DNA of 64,000 bases from an uncultured Fenollaria sp. (lineage in GTDB: Bacteria; Bacillota; Clostridia; Tissierellales; Peptoniphilaceae). The position numbers and the translations under genes were made by a program. Below the pieces are notes generated by a model that was given only the letters and a program-made list of their open reading frames with translations, was not told the DNA's origin and searched no databases. Location of the stretch: positions 7,174-71,173 of the forward strand of contig NZ_CAMJVK010000001.1 in assembly GCF_946221515.1 (NCBI RefSeq), written 5' to 3'. Positions 53,071-61,838 of the stretch are shown in pieces. Positions within the stretch are counted from its first letter, which is position 1. Each line of letters opens with the position of its first letter.

Positions 53071-54260
53071 AAAGATATATTGGTACAAATGTAATGGGCT
53101 TGAGATGCCCTATAATAAAAGCTGGCGATGATATAGTTGACATCACTGTTGACACTATATTAAAAGCAAGCGAAGCCGGTAATTTTAAAATTAATGACAG
53201 AGACGTCGTTGGCTTAACTGAATCAATAGTTGCTAAGTCTATGAATAACTTTGCAACAGTAGATGACATAACTCATGACGTAAAAAACAAATTTAACTGC
53301 GATGAAGTTGCTCTAATCCACCCTATCATGAGTAGAAACAGATTTGCAATTTGCTTAAAAGGTATTGCTAAAGCGTTCAAAAAAGTATATGTCTTATTTA
53401 GTTACCCTCATGACGAAGTTGGTAACCACCTATGCGACCCAGATGAGCTAGATAACTTTGATATCAACCCTTATGGTGAGATAGTAGAAGAAAAAGAATT
53501 CAAAAAATGCTTCCCAAATACAAAGCACATATTTACTAATGTTGACTACATTGAATATTACAAAGAAATAATCGAAGAAGCAGGCGCTGAAGCAGTTATG
53601 TTGTTTGGCAATAACGAAAGAAATGTACTTAAATACACCAAAAACATCTTAGTATGCAGTATACACACTCGCGTTAGAACTAAAGAAAAGCTTAAAAAAG
53701 CAGGCGCAGAAAAGATATTCTGTCTATCTGAAATACTTGATACATCCATTGACGGTTCAGGCTTTAACGAAAAATATGGTCTACTTGGCTCAAACAAGTC
53801 TACTGAAAACAAGATAAAACTATTCCCAAGAGATTGCGAAAAAATCGTTTACGCTATTCAAGATAAAATTCTAGAAAAAACCGGCAAAAAGATTGAAGTC
53901 CTTGTTTATGGTGATGGTGCTTTCAAAGATCCAGTTGGTAAGATATGGGAACTAGCTGACCCAGTTGTCTCCCCTGCTTTTACAGATGGCTTAAAAGGTA
54001 CACCAAACGAAATAAAACTTAAGTACATCGCTGACAATAGCTTTGCGGAATTAAAAGGAGAAGAGCTAGAAGAAGCCATTAAGGAAAAGATTCACAACAA
54101 AGACAGTAATCTAGTTGGCTCGATGGAGTCACAAGGAACAACACCAAGACAATTAACAGACCTTATAGGCTCACTATGCGACTTAACAAGCGGTAGCGGC
54201 GATAAAGGTACTCCAATAGTATACATCAAAGGCTACTTTGATAATTTTTCAGAAGAATAA
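53067..54260 (+). CDS. CofE-like (F420-0:gamma-glutamyl ligase family) protein with a C-terminal extension; probable glutamate ligase of unknown substrate
   Basis: N-terminus PIIKAGDDIVDIT...DRDVVGLTESIVAKS resembles the CofE/FbiB start (KPGDDL...GDVvvvaeKvVSKAEGR), as I recall it. 397 aa versus about 250 for CofE. Translationally coupled to the 5-FTHF cyclo-ligase. Confidence 0.45.
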   Translation: MKRYIGTNVMGLRCPIIKAGDDIVDITVDTILKASEAGNFKINDRDVVGLTESIVAKSMNNFATVDDITHDVKNKFNCDEVALIHPIMSRNRFAICLKGIAKAFKKVYVLFSYPHDEVGNHLCDPDELDNFDINPYGEIVEEKEFKKCFPNTKHIFTNVDYIEYYKEIIEEAGAEAVMLFGNNERNVLKYTKNILVCSIHTRVRTKEKLKKAGAEKIFCLSEILDTSIDGSGFNEKYGLLGSNKSTENKIKLFPRDCEKIVYAIQDKILEKTGKKIEVLVYGDGAFKDPVGKIWELADPVVSPAFTDGLKGTPNEIKLKYIADNSFAELKGEELEEAIKEKIHNKDSNLVGSMESQGTTPRQLTDLIGSLCDLTSGSGDKGTPIVYIKGYFDNFSEE

Positions 54261-54275
54261 TATTAAGATATTTTA

Positions 54276-54318
54276 AAAGGCGACTAGAAATAATTCTAAT
54301 CGCCTTTAAAATGTTTTC
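54276..54318. terminator. Bidirectional intrinsic terminator
   Basis: AAAGGCGA-loop-TCGCCTTT hairpin with A and T runs on both sides, between convergent genes. Confidence 0.65.
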
Positions 54319-54338
54319 CGATCATATTTGAGCAAAAA

Positions 54339-54863
54339 CTAATTTGTAAGTTTTTCCTCTGCTTTTATTACTTTACCATCCTTTGTTTCAACAATATAAA
54401 TTCTATTTGCTAAATCCTCGTTTGTTTTAAATAAGGAAGCAAAATCTTTAAAACTTTCAAAAGTATATTTCCTATCTTCACCTATATCCTTTGAATATTT
54501 CTCTGCGTTATCAATAATCGTTATTTTTGTATTTTCATCAACTTTTAGCATATCCTTATTATCTAATTCTTTATAATAAAAACCTCCAGGATATTCATCT
54601 TCAGGTATTTCTAACCTTTCTAGTTCCTTTTTATCTTCTTCTAAGAAGTAATTTAAAAGTATAACTTCTTGTGCTTCTATCTCCGTTTCATTTACTTTAA
54701 GGAATTTGTAAGTTTTAACTAAACTTTCCTTAGAGTCCCCATTATCATTATTTGATACATCTTTATTGCAAGCAAATAATGAAAGTGTAAAAATTAACAA
54801 TGTTGTTAATAATAATATTTTTTTCTTGTTCATAATAATCCTCCTTTTTAAACAAGCTAACAA
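54339..54863 (-). CDS. Hypothetical lipoprotein (174 aa)
   Basis: Signal peptide and lipobox (LSLFAC), then an acidic Lys/Glu-rich mature domain. Last gene of the blaI/blaR1-like unit. Confidence 0.65.
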   Translation of the reverse strand: MLACLKRRIIMNKKKILLLTTLLIFTLSLFACNKDVSNNDNGDSKESLVKTYKFLKVNETEIEAQEVILLNYFLEEDKKELERLEIPEDEYPGGFYYKELDNKDMLKVDENTKITIIDNAEKYSKDIGEDRKYTFESFKDFASLFKTNEDLANRIYIVETKDGKVIKAEEKLTN

Positions 54864-54943
54864 AAATTTTATATAAATTTGATTATTATAAGTCTATCAC
54901 CTCCATATCATGGTATTATTTTAATTTTAACAATATGTAAAAA

Positions 54944-56347
54944 CTATTGTTTATATGCATTTATGTTTATATCCCCAGTTAATTTCCGATTGTTAAAATT
55001 AAATATATAAATCGTATATTTACTACCTGGATTTGCTTTTACCTTTAGTATCTTATCTGAAGAAAATTTGTTTTCATAAATCTCATCACCATCTTCAACT
55101 ACAATAAGCAAATATTCAATTTTAGAACTAGACTTTAAATCTAATAATTTAGAACTAGACTTTAAATCTAATAATTTTATTATAAATCCATCATTTTTGC
55201 TTCCAGTCCATAAACTTGTATCAAATTTATAAGTTAATTTATCATATTCATTAATTGTCTTTATTTCACTCATATCTATAAATCTTAGTTGAGGTGCATA
55301 TATATCTTTTAGATTTAGTTTACTATATTCTTCTTCACTTATAATATGAATTCTTCCATCAGAATTGTCAACACTTTGAAACTCTACTTCAGTTCCAATA
55401 ACTTCTATTCTATCTTTCTCTAATTTAACTACACTAGCAAAAACTGGAATACTAAAAAGAAATGTCAAAACGAAAATAAATGTGCCTAGTATTGTTTTTT
55501 TATAATTTTTCATTATAATCATCCTTTCTAAATTTGGATTAAGTTTTAAACTTACTTCATCTCTTTTTACTGAATTGCTCATAAGTTGAAACATTGACTT
55601 ACAGTAATCTTTTCTCGTTTCTATAGTATCTCCCAATTTTGAAATAACCTGTTTGTCTGTATATATTTCAATATCTTGTTCTAAATATTTTAAACTTATA
55701 ATAAGTAGTGGATTACACCAGAATACACAAGCTACTAGATTTACTATATGATTAAATAAAATATGAAATTTTTTTATATGTGTTAGCTCATGCATCATAA
55801 CATACTTTAATAACTCTTCATCATCTAGTATATATGGCTGCAGAATAATTTTAGGTCTTAACAAGCCATACGTCACTGGAGTTTTTAAATTATTATTTAT
55901 ATAAATACTGACTGTCCTTTTTAATTTAAAAGACTTTATATAATCTATGCACTTATTGTCATGTATTATTTGTGAGTCCTTCATAATTTTATCAAATTTT
56001 ATATATTTATATAGAACATAGCACAAAATAATCAGTGTTACTATATAGCGGTTTCTCGGATATAAAACATAACTTACTTTTTTTGATACTAGCCTTAAAA
56101 TTGAGTCTATATAACTTAATATGTATAGTATAAAATTAAATACATTATTTGAGTTAAATTCTTCAATTTTGATTAAAATTTGATATGGACATATTAAGTA
56201 TATAAATAAGAATGCCCATAAAATAATACTTGCTGATTTAAAAGCATTTTTGTTTAAAAATTTTCTTACAAGTAATATTAATATTATTAGTAAGAAACTT
56301 TTAAAACTTTTTAGCAAAGCATATTCATTATATATGTCTACTATCAC
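54944..56347 (-). CDS. M56-family BlaR1/MecR1-like signal-transducing metalloprotease with a non-PBP C-terminal sensor domain
   Basis: Four N-terminal transmembrane helices, HELTHIKKFH zinc motif, a further transmembrane helix, then a roughly 180-aa extracytoplasmic domain with no SxxK, SxN or KTG penicillin-binding motifs. Very AT-rich. Contains a 27-bp tandem duplication. Confidence 0.8.
   Translation of the reverse strand: MIVDIYNEYALLKSFKSFLLIILILLVRKFLNKNAFKSASIILWAFLFIYLICPYQILIKIEEFNSNNVFNFILYILSYIDSILRLVSKKVSYVLYPRNRYIVTLIILCYVLYKYIKFDKIMKDSQIIHDNKCIDYIKSFKLKRTVSIYINNNLKTPVTYGLLRPKIILQPYILDDEELLKYVMMHELTHIKKFHILFNHIVNLVACVFWCNPLLIISLKYLEQDIEIYTDKQVISKLGDTIETRKDYCKSMFQLMSNSVKRDEVSLKLNPNLERMIIMKNYKKTILGTFIFVLTFLFSIPVFASVVKLEKDRIEVIGTEVEFQSVDNSDGRIHIISEEEYSKLNLKDIYAPQLRFIDMSEIKTINEYDKLTYKFDTSLWTGSKNDGFIIKLLDLKSSSKLLDLKSSSKIEYLLIVVEDGDEIYENKFSSDKILKVKANPGSKYTIYIFNFNNRKLTGDININAYKQ
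55124..55177. repeat. Perfect 27-bp direct tandem duplication (2 copies) inside the blaR1-like sensor domain
   Basis: AGAACTAGACTTTAAATCTAATAATTT occurs twice back to back. On the coding (minus) strand this gives SKLLDLKSS twice, in frame. Confidence 0.9.
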
Positions 56348-56732
56348 CTTTACTATCCTCTACCTCAAAATTTTCTAATAAGTTTTTCATTTCTTCAAGT
56401 TCTTCTTCTGAAACTTTTTCTGTGCTTAAAAATGTTTTACACATATTTACAAGAGATCCTTTAAATAATTTTTGAAACGCTTCTTTTTGCTTGCTAAGCA
56501 AAGCTTCCTCGCGTGACATAATAACACTAATCGTATATTTTGGATAACGCCTATCCAAGACTCCCTTTTCTATTAATCTGCCGATGAATGTATAAGCAGA
56601 AGTTTTACTAATTCCATATTTTTCTTTTAAAATTTTGGACAATTCTAAAGCTTGTATTTCTCCGTTCTCATCTAAAACATCTCCTTGCCACAGAAGCTCC
56701 ATAACTTGTAATTCGCCATTTGATAAATCCAT
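56328..56732 (-). CDS. BlaI/MecI/CopY-family transcriptional repressor
   Basis: 134 aa winged-helix penicillinase-repressor family (ELQVMELLWQ...SKTSAYTFIGRLIEKGVL). Overlaps the start of the M56 gene. Confidence 0.85.
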   Translation of the reverse strand: MDLSNGELQVMELLWQGDVLDENGEIQALELSKILKEKYGISKTSAYTFIGRLIEKGVLDRRYPKYTISVIMSREEALLSKQKEAFQKLFKGSLVNMCKTFLSTEKVSEEELEEMKNLLENFEVEDSKGDSRHI

Positions 56733-56842
56733 ATTATACCTCCTATTTCATTTTCATTTATTTTAATATTTTCACTTCGAATATATCATATTTCATAAGA
56801 AAAGTCAAGTACTTTCTATTAATTATTAATTGTTTTTAAGCA

Positions 56843-56879
56843 TAAAAATACCCTCTCTACTCGTAATGAGTAAAGAGGG
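56843..56879 (-). terminator. Intrinsic terminator of tkt
   Basis: CCCTCTCTACTC...GAGTAAAGAGGG hairpin with an A-run upstream on the plus strand. Confidence 0.7.
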
Positions 56880-56893
56880 TTTTATAATTTTAA

Positions 56894-58873
56894 CTATTTT
56901 TCTATAAGTTTAATTACTTCTTCTTCAACGTGTTCCTTTGTAATGCCGTATTTTTCGAATAATACTTTTCCTGGCGCAGATGAACCGAATCTATCAATAC
57001 CAATCGCAGTACCTTCTAAGCCGACAAACTTGCCCCACGGCATAGTTGAAAGTGCTTCTACTGATACTCTTCTCTTAACATTTGATGGAAGTATCTTTTC
57101 GATGTATTCTTTGTCTTGATTTAAGAATATCTCTTGTGATGGCATACTAACAACTCTTATCGATTTGCCTTTTGCTTCTAAATCCTTAGCTGCTTCTATT
57201 GACAAAGCTACTTCTGATCCTGTAGCTATGATTATAGCGTCGATTGCATCCTTTGCTTCTTTATGAACAATGTATCCGCCCTTTAAAGCTTCTTCAGATG
57301 AATTATCAAGCAGTTTTAGACCTTGTCTTGATAGTATCAAGCATGTTGGTGTTTCTTTGCTCATGAGTGCGCTTTGCCAAGCGTAAATTACTTCTCTTGA
57401 GTCAGCAGGTCTAATTACGTTTATATTTGGTATGCTTCTAAGCATAGCTAAGTGCTCTATAGGTTGATGAGTTGGTCCGTCTTCGCCAACGCCGATGCTA
57501 TCGTGAGTTAATATATATATCGCAGGTAAATTCATTAGTGATGCTAGTCTTATTGATGGCTTCATATAGTCTGAGAAAACTAAGAATGTTGCCGCATATG
57601 ATCTTAGACCACCGTGTAATAAGATACCATTGCAAATAGCTGCCATTGCATGTTCCCTAACGCCAAAGTGAATGTTTCTTCCTTCTGGGCATTCGCTTGA
57701 GAAGTACTTTTCATCATTCATCACTGATTTGTTTGATGGACCTAAGTCTGCTGAACCACCAATTATATTTTCTAATACAGGGCTAACTTTGTTAAGAACT
57801 TTGCCTGATGAGGCTCTTGATGCATCGTCTTTAAGCTCTATATCAGTACAAGCTTTTAGTACTTCTTCACTTACTTCTTTATCATAGAAACTCATAAGCT
57901 TGTCATAATCAGCTTTGTACTTTGCTTTATAAGCTTCTAATTGCTTGTACCAATCTTCTTCATGTTTATCAAGCTCTTCGCACTTTTCTTTCATATAATC
58001 AAGAACGTCTTGGCTCACATTAAAGCCTTCTTCTTCATATTGAAGATTCTTTCTAAGTGCTGCAAGTGATTCTGCTCCTAGAGGTGCGCCATGAGCACCC
58101 GCAGTACCTTCCTTGCCAGTTGCGCCATAACCTATCTTAGTCTTGATTTCGATTAGTGTTGGCTTGTCACTGCTCTTCTTTGCTTCAGCTATAGCCTTTG
58201 ATATGGCCTCGATATCATTACCATCTTCAACGTATAAAGTGTTCCAGCCAAGTGCTTCATATCTTGCTCTGACATTTTCAGTGAAAGCTACTTCTGTATC
58301 TCCTTCTATGGTAATGTTGTTTGAGTCATATAGAACAACTAATTTATTTAACTTAAGTGTTCCTGCTAAGGATGATGCTTCGTTTGAGATACCTTCTTGA
58401 AGACAGCCATCGCCGCAAAGTATATAGGTCATGTGGTCAATAAGCTTATTGTCATCTTTGTTAAATAATGCTGCTAAATGCCTTTCAGCAATCGCCATAC
58501 CAACACCCATAGCAATACCTTGGCCAAGTGGTCCAGTGCTTGCTTCAACGCCTTTTGTGTGCATGTACTCAGGGTGACCTGGTGTAAGCGAGTCAAATTG
58601 TCTGAAATTTTCTAAGTCTTCGATCTTCAAGCCATAGCCATATAAATTAAGTAGTGAGTATAAAAGCATTGATCCATGTCCTGCAGATAAGATAAATCTG
58701 TCTCTGTTTATCCAATCGGGATTCTTTGGATTATGTTTTAAGTGCTCATTAAATAATGTAAATGCTGCTGGCGCTGCTCCTAGTGGCAAGCCAGGGTGGC
58801 CTGAATTTGCCTTCTCTATCGCCTCAGCTGATAGAACTCTAATTGTGTTTATCACCTTTTGTTTAACGTCCAT
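56894..58873 (-). CDS. tkt: Transketolase
   Basis: 659 aa. TPP-binding region (GHPG...GPLGQG, GDGCLQEG) and the transketolase pyrimidine and C-terminal domains. Confidence 0.95.
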   Translation of the reverse strand: MDVKQKVINTIRVLSAEAIEKANSGHPGLPLGAAPAAFTLFNEHLKHNPKNPDWINRDRFILSAGHGSMLLYSLLNLYGYGLKIEDLENFRQFDSLTPGHPEYMHTKGVEASTGPLGQGIAMGVGMAIAERHLAALFNKDDNKLIDHMTYILCGDGCLQEGISNEASSLAGTLKLNKLVVLYDSNNITIEGDTEVAFTENVRARYEALGWNTLYVEDGNDIEAISKAIAEAKKSSDKPTLIEIKTKIGYGATGKEGTAGAHGAPLGAESLAALRKNLQYEEEGFNVSQDVLDYMKEKCEELDKHEEDWYKQLEAYKAKYKADYDKLMSFYDKEVSEEVLKACTDIELKDDASRASSGKVLNKVSPVLENIIGGSADLGPSNKSVMNDEKYFSSECPEGRNIHFGVREHAMAAICNGILLHGGLRSYAATFLVFSDYMKPSIRLASLMNLPAIYILTHDSIGVGEDGPTHQPIEHLAMLRSIPNINVIRPADSREVIYAWQSALMSKETPTCLILSRQGLKLLDNSSEEALKGGYIVHKEAKDAIDAIIIATGSEVALSIEAAKDLEAKGKSIRVVSMPSQEIFLNQDKEYIEKILPSNVKRRVSVEALSTMPWGKFVGLEGTAIGIDRFGSSAPGKVLFEKYGITKEHVEEEVIKLIEK

Positions 58874-58882
58874 ATTAACCTC

Positions 58883-59662
58883 CTATTTTTCTTTATCTAT
58901 ATACTCTACTGCGTTTTTTGTAAATATTATCTTCATTAAAAATTTTGGTATATCTAATTGTCTTTTAAATCGTTTTGGCTCTTTGATTAACCTATATAGC
59001 CACTCCATCCCTATCTTTCTTATAAAAGCTGGCGCTATCTTGACATTGCCTGCCAATACATCTATGACACCGCCATTAGCAATAGCTAGTTTGCTCTTTA
59101 ACTTATCTTTATTATAATAGATAAATTTTTCTTGGTAGCCAGCTCCCATACCTACGAAGATGGCGTCTGCCTTTGAATCATTTATCTTTTGTATTAAAGC
59201 TTCTTCTTCATCAGATGAAGCGTGACCGTTATGGCTACCATTGAAATATCCGTTATTGTAGCCTGCTATGACAATGTTTGGATAATCATGATTGATTCTT
59301 TCAATAGCTTTTTCAGCTATGCCAGGCTTAGCACCTAATAAGAATAGTGAGAGGCCTTTCTCATTCATTAGCTCTAAGATTTTAATCGATGTGTCGTAGC
59401 CGGTTACTCTTGATTTAAGTGGCTTCTTTTTTAGTTTTGATGCAATCATTAATCCAATTCCGTCACATAAGTTTAGTGAGGCTGAGTTAATAATTTTCTT
59501 AAACTCCTCATCTCTTCCTGCTCTCATAACTATCTCTGGATTTGGCGTATATATATAATTTAGTTCATCGCTAGCAAAAAATCCATCTATCTTCTTCATG
59601 GCTTCGTCCATGTCAATATTATTTATTCTAACGCCTAATATTTTAATGTCCATTAGCATCAT
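58883..59662 (-). CDS. tagA: WecB/TagA/CpsF-family glycosyltransferase (N-acetylmannosaminyltransferase-like)
   Basis: 259 aa with typical TagA family sequence (ILGVRINNIDMDEA...TPNPEIVM). Confidence 0.85.
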   Translation of the reverse strand: MMLMDIKILGVRINNIDMDEAMKKIDGFFASDELNYIYTPNPEIVMRAGRDEEFKKIINSASLNLCDGIGLMIASKLKKKPLKSRVTGYDTSIKILELMNEKGLSLFLLGAKPGIAEKAIERINHDYPNIVIAGYNNGYFNGSHNGHASSDEEEALIQKINDSKADAIFVGMGAGYQEKFIYYNKDKLKSKLAIANGGVIDVLAGNVKIAPAFIRKIGMEWLYRLIKEPKRFKRQLDIPKFLMKIIFTKNAVEYIDKEK

Positions 59663-61838
59663 CCTTTAAAAGTTCTAGCGCAAGCTTACTTGCTTCTATC
59701 GCCTTTTTCTTATTTTCTTCGTTAATAGCACTTAAATTAGAGATGAAAGCTTCTCTATTGTCTTTAATGTACTTATATGCCTTGATCAAGTCATCATAAT
59801 TAATCGCATCCACGTCGATGTTTATGCTCTCATCAAAGTCTTTTAAAAGCGTCTCTGTCTTTGGGTCATACGAAAGACCAATGAATGGCAGGTTTTGATG
59901 TATTGCGTATATCATGGCATGAAGCCTCATGGCCACGATAAAGTCAGCGTTCTTCATAAGACTCATAAGTATCTCTACTGGATACTTTTCATCTATAATC
60001 TTACTTGATTTTAAATTTGCCGCAATTTTTTCTGAAATAGTCGTATCTCTAGGCGTTTGCATTGGCATGAAGACGATGTTTTTGCCCTCATCAATAAGAT
60101 AATTTAAAAACTTACTTAGCTCAGATATAAGCTTTTCGTCATCTATCCACGATCTAATTGATACCAAAACTGTACCCTCATTTATATCGAATTTCTCACG
60201 AACACTTTCATCGCTAGCCTCTTTTAAATTGAAGACTGGATCTGATAAGACTTTTATATTTGGATTATTAACGCCGATGGACTTTATAAAATCATATGAG
60301 TCCTTGTCTCTAAGCGTAATGTAGTCAACTTTATTAAGTACTCTTCGTGTGATATTTCTATTAAATCTCTTGTTTATAGGACCAACACCATTGGAGTAGA
60401 CAAAAACTTTTTTCTTGTAACGCTTAGCAAGCTTCATTATTAACAAGTAGTACCAAATTGATCTTGAACTTGTCTTGTCTTGAAGTAAACTTCCGCCGCC
60501 ACTTATAAGCATATCTGATGCCTTTAAACTTTTTCTTACATCAAAGAATTTAAATCTATCAACGGCAGCTACGCCATATTCCCTCTCAGTTAAGTCCGGA
60601 TCTTTTGATAAAACTTTAATATTTAGATTAGGGTCCAATGATTTAAATGACTCGATAATTGATTTAAGTATAGCATCGTCGCCCGAGTTTGAAAAGCCGA
60701 AGTAGCCCGACATAATTATTTTCTTTGAGACTATCTTCTTGTAAATGTCTACATGCTTCTCAGCCATCTTGATGTGAGTGAAATTATCAATTATTCTATT
60801 ATAAAGATTCTCGCCAAGCTTTTTACGCTCATCATCATTATTTTTTAAATCAAGTATATGCGCTGCTAAGGCCTTGTAATCTTGCTTTTCAAATAAGCGT
60901 CCAGTCTCTCCATCAAGTATGATCTTTGGTATACCGCCAACTTTAGATGCAACGGTCGCCTTCTTTAATGAGCCTCCCTCCATAATAACGTATGGAAATG
61001 ACTCGCTCAAGCTGCATAAGACATTTATATCTATCGCATTAAGAAAGTCGTACGGATGAGTCTCATTACCTAAGAAATAAACATTTTGCTCTAAGCCTAG
61101 ATCTTTTCTTAAGCTTAATAAGTGCTCTTTATCTTGACCGTCTCCTGCAATTAAGAATATGAATGATTTGTCTTTATCAAGCACTTCTCTTGCCGCTCTT
61201 AAAAATGTCTCGTGGTCTTTAACCTTATCTAGTCTTGCTAAGATGCCGACTATGAACTTATCCTTATAAGCAATATTTTTTTCTTTTAAATAGCTTTCTT
61301 TGTCCTTTATAACTCTATCTTCTAAAAATATACCATTGTATATAGTAAATATTTTATCCTTATCAAAGCCTCTACTTACAAGCATGTCCTTAAAACTATC
61401 AGAAACTGCTATGTAATTATCAAATCTTTTTAAGGCAAACTTGTTAAGATTGGTAAAAACTATATTCTTATAAAAATTATCTTTAAAGTCTAATAAATAA
61501 TCGCTGTGAACTGTAGTTATGAACTTGGCCTTGACTTTCTTCTTCAAAAAGTAGCTTATAAGGTTAGCTCTTGCGCCATGTGAATGAACTATCTCATAAT
61601 TTTCACTCTCAATAAGGTCCTTGAGCTTATTAACGACAGAAAAATCAAATCTGCTTCTTTGTTCAATGACCTCAACGTCTATACCGTGCTTTTTTAAGTC
61701 TTCAGCAAAAGGTCCATCGATAAAGCAAACTAATTTTATATCTACTTTGTCTTTTAAACCGCAAAGCAAATTTATGATGTGAGTCTTTGCTCCACCTGTG
61801 TCCCCGCCACTAATTAGATGAAGTACTTTCATAATCAA
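59643..61838 (-). CDS. Fusion protein: GT4 (group 1) glycosyltransferase N-terminal domain plus CsaB-type polysaccharide pyruvyl transferase C-terminal domain
   Basis: 731 aa. The N-terminal 360 aa has a GT-B/GT4 signature (EGGSLKKATVASKVGGIPKIILDGETG). From about residue 365, MSGYFGFSNSGDDAIL begins a PS_pyruv_trans (CsaB/WcaK-like) domain. Confidence 0.8.
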   Translation of the reverse strand: MIMKVLHLISGGDTGGAKTHIINLLCGLKDKVDIKLVCFIDGPFAEDLKKHGIDVEVIEQRSRFDFSVVNKLKDLIESENYEIVHSHGARANLISYFLKKKVKAKFITTVHSDYLLDFKDNFYKNIVFTNLNKFALKRFDNYIAVSDSFKDMLVSRGFDKDKIFTIYNGIFLEDRVIKDKESYLKEKNIAYKDKFIVGILARLDKVKDHETFLRAAREVLDKDKSFIFLIAGDGQDKEHLLSLRKDLGLEQNVYFLGNETHPYDFLNAIDINVLCSLSESFPYVIMEGGSLKKATVASKVGGIPKIILDGETGRLFEKQDYKALAAHILDLKNNDDERKKLGENLYNRIIDNFTHIKMAEKHVDIYKKIVSKKIIMSGYFGFSNSGDDAILKSIIESFKSLDPNLNIKVLSKDPDLTEREYGVAAVDRFKFFDVRKSLKASDMLISGGGSLLQDKTSSRSIWYYLLIMKLAKRYKKKVFVYSNGVGPINKRFNRNITRRVLNKVDYITLRDKDSYDFIKSIGVNNPNIKVLSDPVFNLKEASDESVREKFDINEGTVLVSIRSWIDDEKLISELSKFLNYLIDEGKNIVFMPMQTPRDTTISEKIAANLKSSKIIDEKYPVEILMSLMKNADFIVAMRLHAMIYAIHQNLPFIGLSYDPKTETLLKDFDESINIDVDAINYDDLIKAYKYIKDNREAFISNLSAINEENKKKAIEASKLALELLKDDANGH

